This document shows, in pieces, positions 23,401 to 34,869 of a stretch of 64,000 nt of DNA. Within the stretch, counting starts at the first letter, position 1; every line of letters starts with the position of its first letter. The position numbers were made by a program, and so were the translations under genes. Source of the DNA: Magallana gigas (taxonomy: Eukaryota); NCBI RefSeq assembly GCF_963853765.1, contig NC_088858.1, positions 6,944,001 to 7,008,000 of the forward strand. The letters run 5' to 3'. A model generated the notes under the pieces. The model had not been told where the DNA came from, made no database searches, and saw only the letters and a list, made by a program, of their open reading frames with translations.

Positions 23401-25300
23401 GACAATTTGAGCTACATGTATAACACCCCTTTTTACAAGTAGGTATTTTCAGGTGCTATAATAATAAAACGTTGTTAATACAGCACATGAAACATCTACC
23501 AAAATACAATTGTTTTTAATTGTAACTGTATGTGGTATCAGTGGTCCTGTTGTGACTTATGACCAATAAAACGCTTTCTGTTTCACAGGGTACTAAAGTA
23601 CAGATTGCGATAACTGTGGTTCGAACCAACATTGTTCTTGCACAACGCGTTTTACAAAATACTGTGTAACTGACGATTTTATCGTAAATATTTTCAGTCT
23701 CACTGAATGGCTCTTTACTGAAAAATTTATACATATCTAAGAATTTCATATATTTTGTTTATCATATTTGCCACCGTGACTGCAAAAAAAACCCAACAAC
23801 ATCATAATAATAATACAAATGACATAAACAAAGAACCATCTCTTCTAAATATTATCGTATTTACGTCTTATTTTAAGGAGGACTTTTCAAAAGTGCGTGT
23901 GATGTCATACATCAACAGTGACGTCTTTCTAGTGTGTTTTTCCATTGACGATGTTAAGTCGTTAGTGCACGTCCAGGAATCATGGGTACCGGAACTACGT
24001 CAACACGTGCCAAACACGCCATTTATATTGGTGGGTACCAAACTGGATGTACGGTTCCAGCAACCAGATATTCAGGTAGGTAACCGAAAGTAACTTACTG
24101 TCCGTTTTCATACACTCTTTTTCTAAGCCATGAGTTTTGCTATTGTCTAAAATATAAGATGGAAAAAAGAACGAAGCGTCATTAACTGTAGGTTTCCGCC
24201 AATGGAGCTTTACATATATACCTGAATACTTTTTATATTTCTTTATAATGGTTCATCAATGAAGATATATACATTTATATAGCATTATTAAGTTAACTAA
24301 AGGCATCTGAAGCAAGTGTTAACTTATTAGCTTCGTTTGATTTTTGTTTATTATGCAAATTTCAACAATGTTGACCTTATTCTTTGCACACTTCTGGTAT
24401 ATACATATACACTACATAACGCCCTCCACCTCTATAGTAAGAACACTATCGTTAGCTCCTATAATTGTGCGATATCCTGGTTAGAGTGGCGGTTTCCCCT
24501 GCTTCAGGAAGAAGGTCAATATTTTTTGGCTTGATAAGATCGCAATTTCCTGATTGTTCGAATAGTTTACAGGATAAAACACACATATATTATAAGTGTA
24601 ATGTAATCTTCCTTCTCTATAACTATCTATACAGTACGGACAAGGTTGCACGTAGAAACATTTTGATATTTTATAGTGTCGTCCTTATGACCCAGAGGTT
24701 GGGGGTCCTATTTTCGTTCTAGAGAGAAGAGAGGATTTTCAGTACCTTGCTTCAGACCTCACTGTTAGACATACATGTTGTTCCATGTACTACATGTATG
24801 TTGCAGTTAAAGGCGTGCCTATGAGCACTTCCAACTGCCAAAAGCCCATAAATACAAACAAAATCTTCATTTCAAAAATGAATAAATTTAAGTCATACTT
24901 TTCTTGACACATTGTTAAACAAGAAAAAAAAGATTTTACAAGCACAGACAGAAAATTCTTGAGGGAAAATGGATATAAAGATGACGTTTTTGTGCTAACT
25001 AAATCTTTTTTTTTCACCATTTTATTTTACATCAATTTTGCTTTTAAGTTTAGAAACCGTTGTATAAAGCGTTATTGACGTGTTTTCAACTTTTGACAGG
25101 TTCTCGACAGTTCCGCGGTCTCGCCAAAGCAGGGTAAGGAAGTTGCGTCGACGGTGGGTGCGTACAGTTATGTGGAGGTGTCCTCGCTCAGCGCTGACGG
25201 CGTGGACGACTTGATCACAGAGATAGTGGAGGCCGCCAAAGCCAACTGGGAAATCAAGTGCGCTCAGAAAAAGAAGTGTCCCTCTTGCGTCATTGTTTGA
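20494..25300 (+). CDS. Atypical Rho-family small GTPase (Cdc42/Rac-like), 202 aa, 4 exons, C-terminal CAAX (CVIV)
   Basis: Exons 20494-20644, 22397-22455, 23878-24075 and 25100-25300, all GT-AG and in frame. Motifs KCVLVGDMNVGKS, YSPTLFDNY, LFDTAGKEDF, DVFLVCFS, WVPEL, LVGTKLDVR, YVEVSSL, KKKCPSCVIV*. Confidence 0.95.
22704..23365. mobile_element. Foldback-type non-autonomous DNA element, copy 2 (complete), in Rho intron 2
   Basis: cactgtgtcaaataattatgccagtgc ... gcacttgcataattatccagtacagtg. Long imperfect TIRs around a CCTRTAGG array. TSD ambiguous (TTAA/TTAT or ATTT). Confidence 0.8.
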
Positions 25301-26705
25301 GATTACTCTGAAATAGACTTCCCCGGTGCTATTTTCAAATTTGATGACCACGTGCCATGATATTGTATTTTGGTGACGTTGTTTGCAGTTGTTATTTGTT
25401 TATTTAAAAGAGATGGTGTCAAACTCTCAGGAGACATCATAAGATATTTTTTAATATGATGATCTCATGACGTATAACTACAGCATAGAAACAATGTGAT
25501 AAAGCAATGGTATAGTAGTATGTCGAGGCAGAGTCACATTCACCGTGCAATACTGTGACATTGTGTCAAACGACACGTATTTATACATGTACATGTATCA
25601 TGCCAATATATGATAACGACACTGTCTCATTTTAGAGACCATGTTATAGCCAAGGATGCGTTTTACGAGTCTGCCTCGTTTGTGAATGTCGACTTTGAAG
25701 TGTGCTTCACGACTCAGTGATACGTTTGTAAAAAGGCGCTGTTGATATTTTATGATGATATTTTTTTTTAACTTTTTTACTGGTTAACAATAAAATGAAA
25801 TTTAAATCTTTCTTAATTTTCAAAAAATTCTTTGCGTTTTACATAGTTGTGAATTATGTAAACCCGTATATTCCAAACAATTTCAAGCTTACAAGAAAGT
25901 ATAATCACTGGAGAGCTTATGAATAGTAATACGTTCTTTAGTGAAACACAACCCATGTCCCAAAGTGAAAGATGCAGCAGCTAAGAATTACAACAGGGAG
26001 ACGATATACTTCATATAACAAACACAAACTGATCATGAGAATTCTCATTGAAAGAGGTGCAATAGGAGAACCTTATTGGTAATATGCATTGTAGGTTTCC
26101 ACGTGCCCCATACATAGAGTTAATAGTATGTACTTATTGTGGACTGTTATAGTGTACTATATCATGTAAAGATGCACGTGCATTTGTCAATGTTTGAGAC
26201 ATAGTAGTAGCTGCCACCATGCACTTCTGACCCACAGGGTATTATTTTGTGTATTTCTATGCGAGTATTACAAGATATTTACATTTGTTATATAGGATTT
26301 TCAAAAACTATTCTTCCGAATATTCTTCTGTGAACAATTATGTAATTATGATACCGAATTTCTATACTGCAGTTTTATAATTAGAATAGTTTCCGCTCAA
26401 AAATTGATAATTATGACATAGAACAGAGAGTTTCACAAATCTCCGGAAAATTATTAAAAATTGTAGATATAAAAATGAAATTTAATTAAGTTCCTCAAAA
26501 TAATATTGCTTCAAGAAGAATGTTTAATGTACACTAAATTCTATGAGATATACATGTAGTTTTAGACACTTTTTTATTTTAAATCCATGCTGTGCATTTA
26601 TGATAAATGGAGAGTGTCGACATGCATTGTAACGTTTTATAAGTTTTTTTTAACCACAAGCCGTAGGTTTTGCTGCACTGAACGAATTGCAACATGTACA
26701 TAAGG

Positions 26706-27015
26706 AATAAGGAATCATTCTTTGAGTATTATGAGGTGATAATTTTGGTCGGGGCGTGATCAAATCCAATAAAGCCCGAAGGGCTTTATGATAGATTTGA
26801 TCATGCCCCGACCGAAATTATCACCTCATAATATTCAAAGAATGGTTCCTTATTACTTATATTTATATAATTTTTAGCCATCGTACGATTAAATATTAAA
26901 ATATAAATAAGCAAACCCCGCTGGCGCCTCAATTTGGCGTCATTTGTATTATGGGTTATATAGTACAAAATCGATACGTAGTGTTATCAAAGACAAAGAC
27001 ACTGGAAAATGGAAA
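26706..27015 (-). mobile_element. Hairpin-ended element (149-bp palindrome 26706-26854, apex gccc-gaa-gggc)
   Basis: Arms ataaggaatcattctttgagtattatgaggtgataatt / aattatcacctcataatattcaaagaatggttccttat. A second copy lies at 34030-34295 in the opposite orientation. Confidence 0.8.
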
Positions 27016-27030
27016 TATATGAATTTGTTA

Positions 27031-27399
27031 TACTTTCATGTTAAATACTGAAATCTGATTGGTTAAGACGCAGTTAATAATATTTACTATTACCCTCAGC
27101 GTTAGCAACGCACTTGGCAACGGGTAATATTAAAAAATGTTACATGCGCGAAAATTATGCGCGTACGGTTCGCTGTAGAATTCACGTTATTCCTATATAA
27201 AAGCAGTAAAATTTTCTTAAAAATTTTAAAAAAGACATTCAGTATAACAAAATAAATAGTGCCTGTTTGGGAGGATAACAGTTGAAATTGACACCCCTCG
27301 AAAACCATTGTCAACCTCCGCTTCGCGTCGGTTGACAATGGTTTTCTCGGGGTGTCAATTTCAACTGTTACCCTCCCAAACAGGCACTATTTATATAAT
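27031..27399 (+). mobile_element. Hairpin-ended element (143-bp palindrome 27252-27394, apex cgc-ttc-gcg)
   Basis: 5' tctgattggtt. Near-perfect arms ataaatagtgcctgtttgggagg / cctcccaaacaggcactatttat. Confidence 0.75.
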
Positions 27400-28275
27400 A
27401 GTAACACTTGGACCATCCCAGTTAGATTTTAACAGTGTATCCATAAAGATAACTAAAATAAATCAAGATAAACAAATGTGAGTTTCTTCCGCTTACAGAC
27501 ATTGACTATTTAGGATTGAGGGATCAACCTAAGTCATATTATTAACCCACTCGGAATGTTTTCTAATCAGGTGAATGAAGTATGTTTCAAAAATTAACAA
27601 GTAACAAATTTAAAGCTTGATAAGTATTATCTAACAACGAATGGCTGAAATCATCTTACTACAGCCAATGATGTTACAATTAATGATTACAACTCTATCA
27701 TTAGGTGATGATTATTCATTGATGTTCTTGGCAAGTTGGTATGGTCTATATTTTAGAAAAGACAAGTTGCTGAAATGGGAGAGAAGGATTACGAAATTCA
27801 TTGCATATTTGGTGTTTTTAACAAGATATGCGATTGAAATCAGAGAAAGGGAGGATATGAAACTCCGTATGTTTGGTGGTTCCGAACAAACAGATATGTG
27901 ACTGACATCGATTCCACGATGACCAATTCATCTACTATTTTAACCAAACTCCACCCCAAAATTAATTACATACATTTCCTCCGGTTTTGCCCGTAAATAA
28001 ATTTTATCTTTATCTTAATATATTTACACCTACATCTATGATTCCCTCTATCTCTTACAGAATCTTACAATTAATTCAAAAATCTATAGAAACAGCCAGA
28101 CTGAAATCTGCGCGCCCCGTTTATCGATTGGTCGAAACCTACAGAGACCTCAGAAAACTTTTTTTTTGCACGGACTGCACGAAATAATCATAATGATGTC
28201 AGACTCAAATTCCCATAGGAGACGGTTTGGCTTTTTCTCTTTGCTTACGTACTAATGTACATTACAGTAATTTAA

Positions 28276-28617
28276 AGCAATATAAGCTGTATTTTTTAGA
28301 ATTTTATTTTGCTGCAAAAACCTGCAGGTGTGACAAATCTGCCTGTAACTTAAACTTTTATGATAAATAAGATTTGAAAAAATCATTAATTTTTGTCAGA
28401 AAAAAGATTTCATTTATAAGGAATACATAGCAGATCAATTTTTGTACAGGACGACAATAATTCAATTTTGCTCCAGTTAAGGCTTCTTTTAAATGACTTT
28501 TCCCACAAAAACAGAGCTGATAGAAATTTTAAAACCATGATATTTTTTGTCATTTTAGAAGATAAAAAACATTTTCTTTAAAAAAAATTCAACGTGAAAA
28601 TTGCAGCCCATATTGCT
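28276..28617. mobile_element. TTAA-flanked (Kolobok-like) MITE
   Basis: ttaa|agcaatataagctgta ... tgcagcccatattgct|ttaa. Confidence 0.8.
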
Positions 28618-28694
28618 TTAATGGATCTTACATACTTTATACAATCAATTTATTTATTTGTTAAAAGAAAGATGTAAATATAAACAATAAAAAC

Positions 28695-28830
28695 CTTTCT
28701 TTGGTGATTCATGCGGGTTATAAAAGTAGCGATCATTGCAGTAAAAAATTACATAACCACTAACGCGCATGACGCGGGTTATGAAATTTTTCTGCAATTT
28801 CGCCACCTTCATATCCCGCATGAATCACTA
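28695..28830. repeat. Imperfect ~135-bp palindrome
   Basis: gtgattcatgcggg...cccgcatgaatcac. A partial related sequence lies near 33645-33680. Confidence 0.65.
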
Positions 28831-29300
28831 TATGAAGCCATTTTATTGTCGCAAAAATATCACTGAACTCGCTACTTCCCTTAAGCAACCAGTACATTCC
28901 CCAGTGATCATAGCACCATGAACTACAATTGATCTACTGTTTCCTCACAAGTAGGGAAAAGCTGATTTAAAAAAAGTAACGAGCGTTCAGCTCAGGTTAG
29001 CCCAGAATTAATGTTACGCTAAAAATATAGTCTCTGTATTGTACAAAGCGAGATAACTCAGTACTCAATATCGTTGAGCAGTTATCCTATGCCAAAATCC
29101 ATTTACTTCTGTATTTCCGGTAGGATTTGAACAGATGTCTTATGTTAAAATCCAAGTCGGAAAATGGCCGTTTCCTCAAAAGAGTTTAACGACTGTTCCA
29201 AGCAAATTCAGTAGTTTTGTTTGAAATAGTTTACATAAGAATAATCACAGGCTAATTCTCTGCATTAGAATTTCCTGTCCGAGCTAATTCAGGTAAAAGC

Positions 29301-30182
29301 CAGGGGCGGATACAGGATTTGTAGTTAGGGGGGGCGTGGATAAAATTATTGAGGCAGGGGGTCTGGGGCCCTGGTGGGGGCCCAGGGGGCGAAGCCCCTG
29401 GAAGCTCCTGGGTTTTCGTGTATTTTGAAGGTAAAAACAGGCTCAAAATAGTGGTATTTTTTCAGTTATGTACACTTTACACAAAAGTATATAACAATTT
29501 GACACAATTTGTTACTTATACCTAATACATGTATTGGATTAAAAACAAAATATTTTAGGCATTTATGAACTCCCAAAATTAACCAGGTTATCAAAGTTAC
29601 AACATTCTAATGACGTTACGGTATCAGACCCCCTATTAGCTGTTAGAAATATCTGATGCATCAAATCTTCAATATTCTTATATTAAAATAGTCTATTTAC
29701 CTAGAAAAAAAATCAAAAAATATACAGTTATTCAGAAATTTCTGCTTGCATCGCAATATGGAAATGACAGCGCAGTCTACACTTGAAACAAAACTGCTGG
29801 GATTTCCAGTCGATTCTTGGTCGAAGCCCCAAGTTCAGGGCCCTGGGGAATTTGATGCAGCTACCATAATAAAATGACCAACACTGCTTGTTTTAAACAC
29901 AGTTTAATTGGTTTGTTATCAGAACCTGTCAACATGCATTAGGATTAGATGTTTATAGATGTTTATAGAGCAGCAGAATTAGTCAGCATAGCACAGCTAG
30001 TGTATCAATGAGGTGTAATATTGAGTCAGGCATAATTATAAATAAAGTGAAACACAAAATGCTAACTTTTCTAGGCCCTATGTAAAATTTATCAAATCAT
30101 CTACAGTCATGCATACTTTGAAAATTTTAGGGGGGGGGGCGTGCGCCCTCCACGCCCCCCCCCCCCCTTAAATCCGCCAGTG
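29301..30182. mobile_element. Non-autonomous TIR element with 5-bp TSD, 882 bp
   Basis: aaagc|caggggcggat ... atccgccagtg|aaagc, with subterminal G and C tracts. Confidence 0.88.
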
Positions 30183-31170
30183 AAAGCAGTGGTGGCAAAA
30201 GCAAAGGATCGGAGTGGTGGAAAGACTGTGTGGCTGACTTATGTGCCACCTGGTATGAAGAGGCCTAAGTAAGTACATTTATCCTGTAGGAAATAAAATT
30301 CCTACAGAATTTTTAGAAAATCCGACAGAATCCAGATGGATTCAGGATTCCTGGGATTTTGTTATTAACTGGAGATCAGAAAATGTATAAATGATGAATA
30401 TATTATCTTTAAATCATTTATTGTAACTGTAAATCAACTTTACATAATGAAATGAACTGTCTTAAAAAATGTAATCCTTATTGGACAAATTTTGAAAGGA
30501 AAAAAATTGTATTTCATTGTCTTTTTATCTCAATACAATGGATATCAATGAGAAATAATTTCATTTCATTGATTTTCAATTCCTACGTAAACTTTGAGAA
30601 TATGAGTAACTACACCGTATTTCTTTTTAGTATGCGAATCTCCATTATATACAAGTATATTGATTAATAACACAGCGCATGCGCGGAATTTTTTTTCTCC
30701 AGAGAGCGAAGAATAGTTATTTTGTTCCCAAGAGTTGATGGGTCGGGGTCCAAGACCTTTTTTCGTTAATTTGACTATGTGAATTCAAGGCGATGGGAGG
30801 GGGTGGGGTAGAACCCATTACCCCCCCCCCCTCCCCCAAACCCCTTTTGATCGTTCAGTATTGACATTCTACAAATGTATCAAAAACGAGGGAACGGATG
30901 GAAGTTCCGATTTTAATTACATTGAAATAGATTTGTAATATATCATATAACTAAAGAAAAAATGCTTGTCATAATTACCACCTTGCTGAAGAAGTACCGT
31001 TCACAAAGCGTACCGAACCGAACCATGCAACTGGTGTAGAAGCACGTTTCAGGGTCTGTAATTTCAATAACACATGCACATCATGTACGTTCACTTTATT
31101 TATTTACTTAGTAAAATGTTGTTAATTTCAAAGATATCTACAAAATAATAATGATATAATGCAATCCCTA

Positions 31171-31258
31171 TTGATATCTGTTATGATCTAAACAATTTGG
31201 TACATGATGTTGCATTGATATCTGTTATGATCTAAACAATTTGGTACATGATGTTGCA
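31171..31258. repeat. Perfect 44-bp tandem duplication
   Basis: ttgatatctgttatgatctaaacaatttggtacatgatgttgca x2. Confidence 0.95.
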
Positions 31259-31776
31259 CTAATAAAAGAAAATCCCATTTTCTGCAGAATATTAGTTTCC
31301 ATAAAATCATTTAAGGTGAATGCAAACACCCGTGATCTTATTCTATTAAAGCTGACGTAACCAATTCAATCGTGTAAAAAATGTCTAGATAAAAGTTGGT
31401 CTTATAGCATTCCAATATTATAGTTTAGATTAATTTAATAATGATCATTCAATTCAGCTCATTAAACTACAACTCAACTATACACACAGCAGCAATAAAA
31501 ATTATTGAGCGGCTGCAGTATTTAATACAAAATGGAAACAGTTCCTGGCTACCGTCACAAATGGCAGTGAACAAACCACCGCGGTCAATTTCATCGATAT
31601 TCAATGTTGATTGCAAAAAGACTTTTAAGCGGTATTGCAAAATAAACGCACAATAAACCATGCCTTCGAATGGAACTTAATAGTCAATGTAGCACGCTTG
31701 GCTGAACCATTGATTAACTGGCACTTTCGTTTAATCCGGCTGGTGTAGAAAGAGCGAGGGAGAGAGACAGACAAAA

Positions 31777-33981
31777 ATGGGGTGGATGGAAAACTTCTTC
31801 TGTTGGATAAAGCACTGTTACTTCCAGTGGGAGGTAGCCAGTATGCTAGTGGTGATGGACCCAATAGAGAAATACATCTTCCGTATCCTTTGATCATGCT
31901 GAAACAGGTTCTTTGAAAACTATGTATAGACGAGATACGATGGGACGACGGGCGCTGATGAAGCTGACCGATTCGTTCTCACGCGGAAAAAAAGGATATT
32001 TGTTGGAAAATCGCTAGTATGTTGATATTATGCTTTAAGTCCTTATTAGTATGCAAATTAATTATTAATCAAATGTTCAACGACTAAAAAGACTATTCTT
32101 TTGTTCTTTAAATTTTTTTTAGTAGGACAGAATTGCGAAATTCTATTTAAGTCGATTATAGCTCGTTTATCTAATTGACAATCCCCCCCCCCCCCGGTTA
32201 ATTCGACTTTGAAGACAGTTATATTACTGATTCGTTCTGAGTTTATTGGGGTTAGAAAGTAAAGCTATCTCAAACCATTACGGATAGTTAAGAGAGATTT
32301 TTGACGCGCCCGGTTAACAATACTGTTTGTGTAATTTATGTAGTCCGAGTTTTAATACTTTATTTACTCTTAAACCACTTCAGCGGCTCAATTCAGTCGG
32401 CGATTTTGTACAATGCATTTAAAATGATTTGTCCGAAAACTGACGATAAAATCGTTTTACGCTAAGTTCTTCTTCAGAAAATATTAAAGATTTGTGTCAA
32501 TATTTTTGGGATTTGTCTACAAAATTCAAGTAGAAATGTTCTTTTAAAAAATCAGTTGATTAAAGATCCAATGCAATCCAACCATTGAGCAGTAATATTT
32601 GGAAAGCGGGCAAATTCAACTAATAAATAAGTCATATGCTCGAAACAGACCGATCTATTATTAATGCTGTACTTAATCTCACTATATCGAATATTTTCGA
32701 TGTTTGTGTTTGGAGAACTTAACTTAAATGACAAATTCCTTTGAAGGGACACGGTGACCGTTTTTGGTTATAAATTATTTTTCCGATTCTAATGTTTACA
32801 ATGCTTCAGCATAGGCGTCGGAACCGGGGGGGGGGGGGGGGGGCACTTTTTTTTTTTTGCAAAGTTAGACCTAACCATTAGGCACATAGTATCATAGAGA
32901 TTTCAGCCCCCCCCCCCCCCCCTTAGGATTTTCATGATTTTGGGAATTAGGGTTTTTTTTTTTGTTTTTGTTTTTTTGCTTGTCAAGATTTCTGAGGATT
33001 AGTTAAGCCCCCACCTCCTTTCAATTAGCTTCCAACGCCACTGTTCAGTGTTCTTTAGCGTTTTTAATAGGCAACCAAAATTTGAGTATCATTCGTTGAG
33101 TTATAAGCGAATTACAGGGCTAACAATTCTTTGTTATGTAAACAAATCTTTTGTTTACATTTTGAATTTTGAATTGAAAATTCCAGTTTTAGACCTAGAA
33201 TGAATATGTTAAACGTTGGGAACTGTTTATTTGTACACAGACAAATCAGCTTGAAATAGATTTTTTTACTGATATATTGTACCCACGTAAACAAAAACGG
33301 GGCACGAGCCTTATTTTCATGACAATGAATTGTGAGCACTTTATCTCGCTTATAACTCTACAACTGACTCTCAAATTTGATTTGATCATTAGAAATGCAT
33401 TCCTAAAGCATTGAAAATAATAAAAACAGAAAAACAATTTGGCCAAAATCATTACCATGCCCCTTCGGCATGGCATTACTTTGTCTCTCTCTATGCTGAT
33501 CAGAAGAATTGGAAGAAGAAAACAATCCACAATGTATGCCACAATATGCAAAGTGTACAGTATATACTCTGTTGTGACTGAGATATATACTCTAGAAGCG
33601 ACAGAAAGTGATTCAAATTCATTTTTGCATTTATTTTAAAAACAATCAAATGCTTTCTTTTGTGATTCATTGCGGGATATGCTGGACTTGTGTCCAATAA
33701 AGGTTGAATCAATGACTCTCATCCGCTAAACCTAAGCACCACAGAAACCAGGGATAAGTACCGGCCATATGCGCCTTTATAGCACGGACAAGGATTTAAA
33801 ACTTTAACTATTTTGTGGTGTACATGGTGAAATTTGACAAACAATAACACAATACCCTCTCCTTAATTCTTGACCAGACGCATTCACTGTGTTATTACTG
33901 GCAGTGGTAATATATTCTACAGTATCCATAGTAACGGGAATCGTGCCTTACCTTTCACTTCCCTTCCAATGGGGAAACTAA
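31777..33981 (+). CDS. SPTSS: Serine palmitoyltransferase small subunit (SPTSSA/B family), 69 aa, 2 exons
   Basis: Exons 31777-31882 and 33878-33981 (phase 1, GT-AG). MGWMENFFCWIKHCYFQWEVASMLVVMDPIEKYIF|HAFTVLLLAVVIYSTVSIVTGIVPYLSLPFQWGN aligns with human YYQYLLVTALYMLEPWERTVFNSMLVSIVGMALYT, followed by one TM helix. Confidence 0.85.
32745..33464. mobile_element. Decayed Kolobok-like MITE in the SPTSS intron, carrying a nested insertion
   Basis: Imperfect TIR agggacacggtgaccgtttttgg / ccaaaatcattaccatgcccct. Flanks are degenerate TTAA. Homolog at 11865. Confidence 0.65.
32810..33043. mobile_element. MITE with 5-bp TSD (TTCAG)
   Basis: ttcag|cataggcgtcggaa ... ttccaacgccactg|ttcag. The homolog at 11865 shows the uninterrupted site. 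Same family as 40581-41070. Confidence 0.85.
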
Positions 33982-34029
33982 TGCCAGCTTGGATCGGGGT
34001 ATCCCGTGCCACAAACAGTAATATTTTAC

Positions 34030-34295
34030 ATTTTCCAGTGTTTTTGCCTGTGATAACACTACATACTAACATTGATTTAGTACTATACAATGCAATTAAT
34101 TTATAATTATTTAATAGTTCAATTATATAAATATAAATAATTGTAAGGAATCATTTTTGAGTATTATGAGGTGATAATTTCGGTCGGGGCGTGATCAAAT
34201 CTGTCATAAAGCTCTTCGGGTTTTATTGGATTTGACCACGCCCCAACCAAAATTATCAACTCATAATACTCAAAAGAATGATTCCTTTTTCCTTA
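34030..34295 (+). mobile_element. Hairpin-ended element, second copy of the 26706 family, downstream of the SPTSS stop
   Basis: Palindrome 34144-34287 with apex gctc-ttc-gggt. Upstream cattttccagtg...gataacactac is shared with the 26706 copy. Confidence 0.8.
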
Positions 34296-34869
34296 AATAT
34301 ACGGAGACTTTCTCAATAAGTTCTATAACATTTCTTTCTCCGCTGTAAACCACTGCTTTTTTTTTTTTATCTCAGGCGACGACAGATTTTGGAAATCACC
34401 GCAATCCAGGACATTATTTTAATGCCAGAGAGGTTTTATGTGAGACATTTATTGTAAAAAAAAAAGACTTACAGTTGGTTTGATTTTACTTTCATGTCAA
34501 TACATGTTCTAGTACTCCCCAAAAAGGAAAAAGTTATAAAAATAGCGTACCCTCAAAAATGGAAGTACATCGTCTTCTTGTGAGTTATCATGAAGAAATA
34601 GGAAACTACACTTGTGTAATTATCACATGTGAAGAATATTCTCGTAGTTACTGCATGTAGATGAGGATTAGAAATCTTTGCCTTTCTCTCTTCAGCTAGT
34701 CCCTTTTCTAGCGTTACAGTGTAATTTACTTACTGCTGACATGTACATGTACTTGTTTGATTTGTATTTTTTTTTAAATAAAATAAAATGGTTGTTATCA
34801 TTTTAAAAGCTTATGCTCTTTTATCACGATATAACCTAGTATGTAAATTAAGATGCTACCAGATAAACA

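Noticed and set aside
25022-25351. 109-aa minus-strand ORF
   Set aside because: Antisense shadow of Rho exon 4.
27641-27960. 86-aa ORF and an overlapping frame with several TGA stops (idea: TGA=Trp organellar or bacterial insert)
   Set aside because: That frame also contains TAG, and neither translation resembles a known protein.
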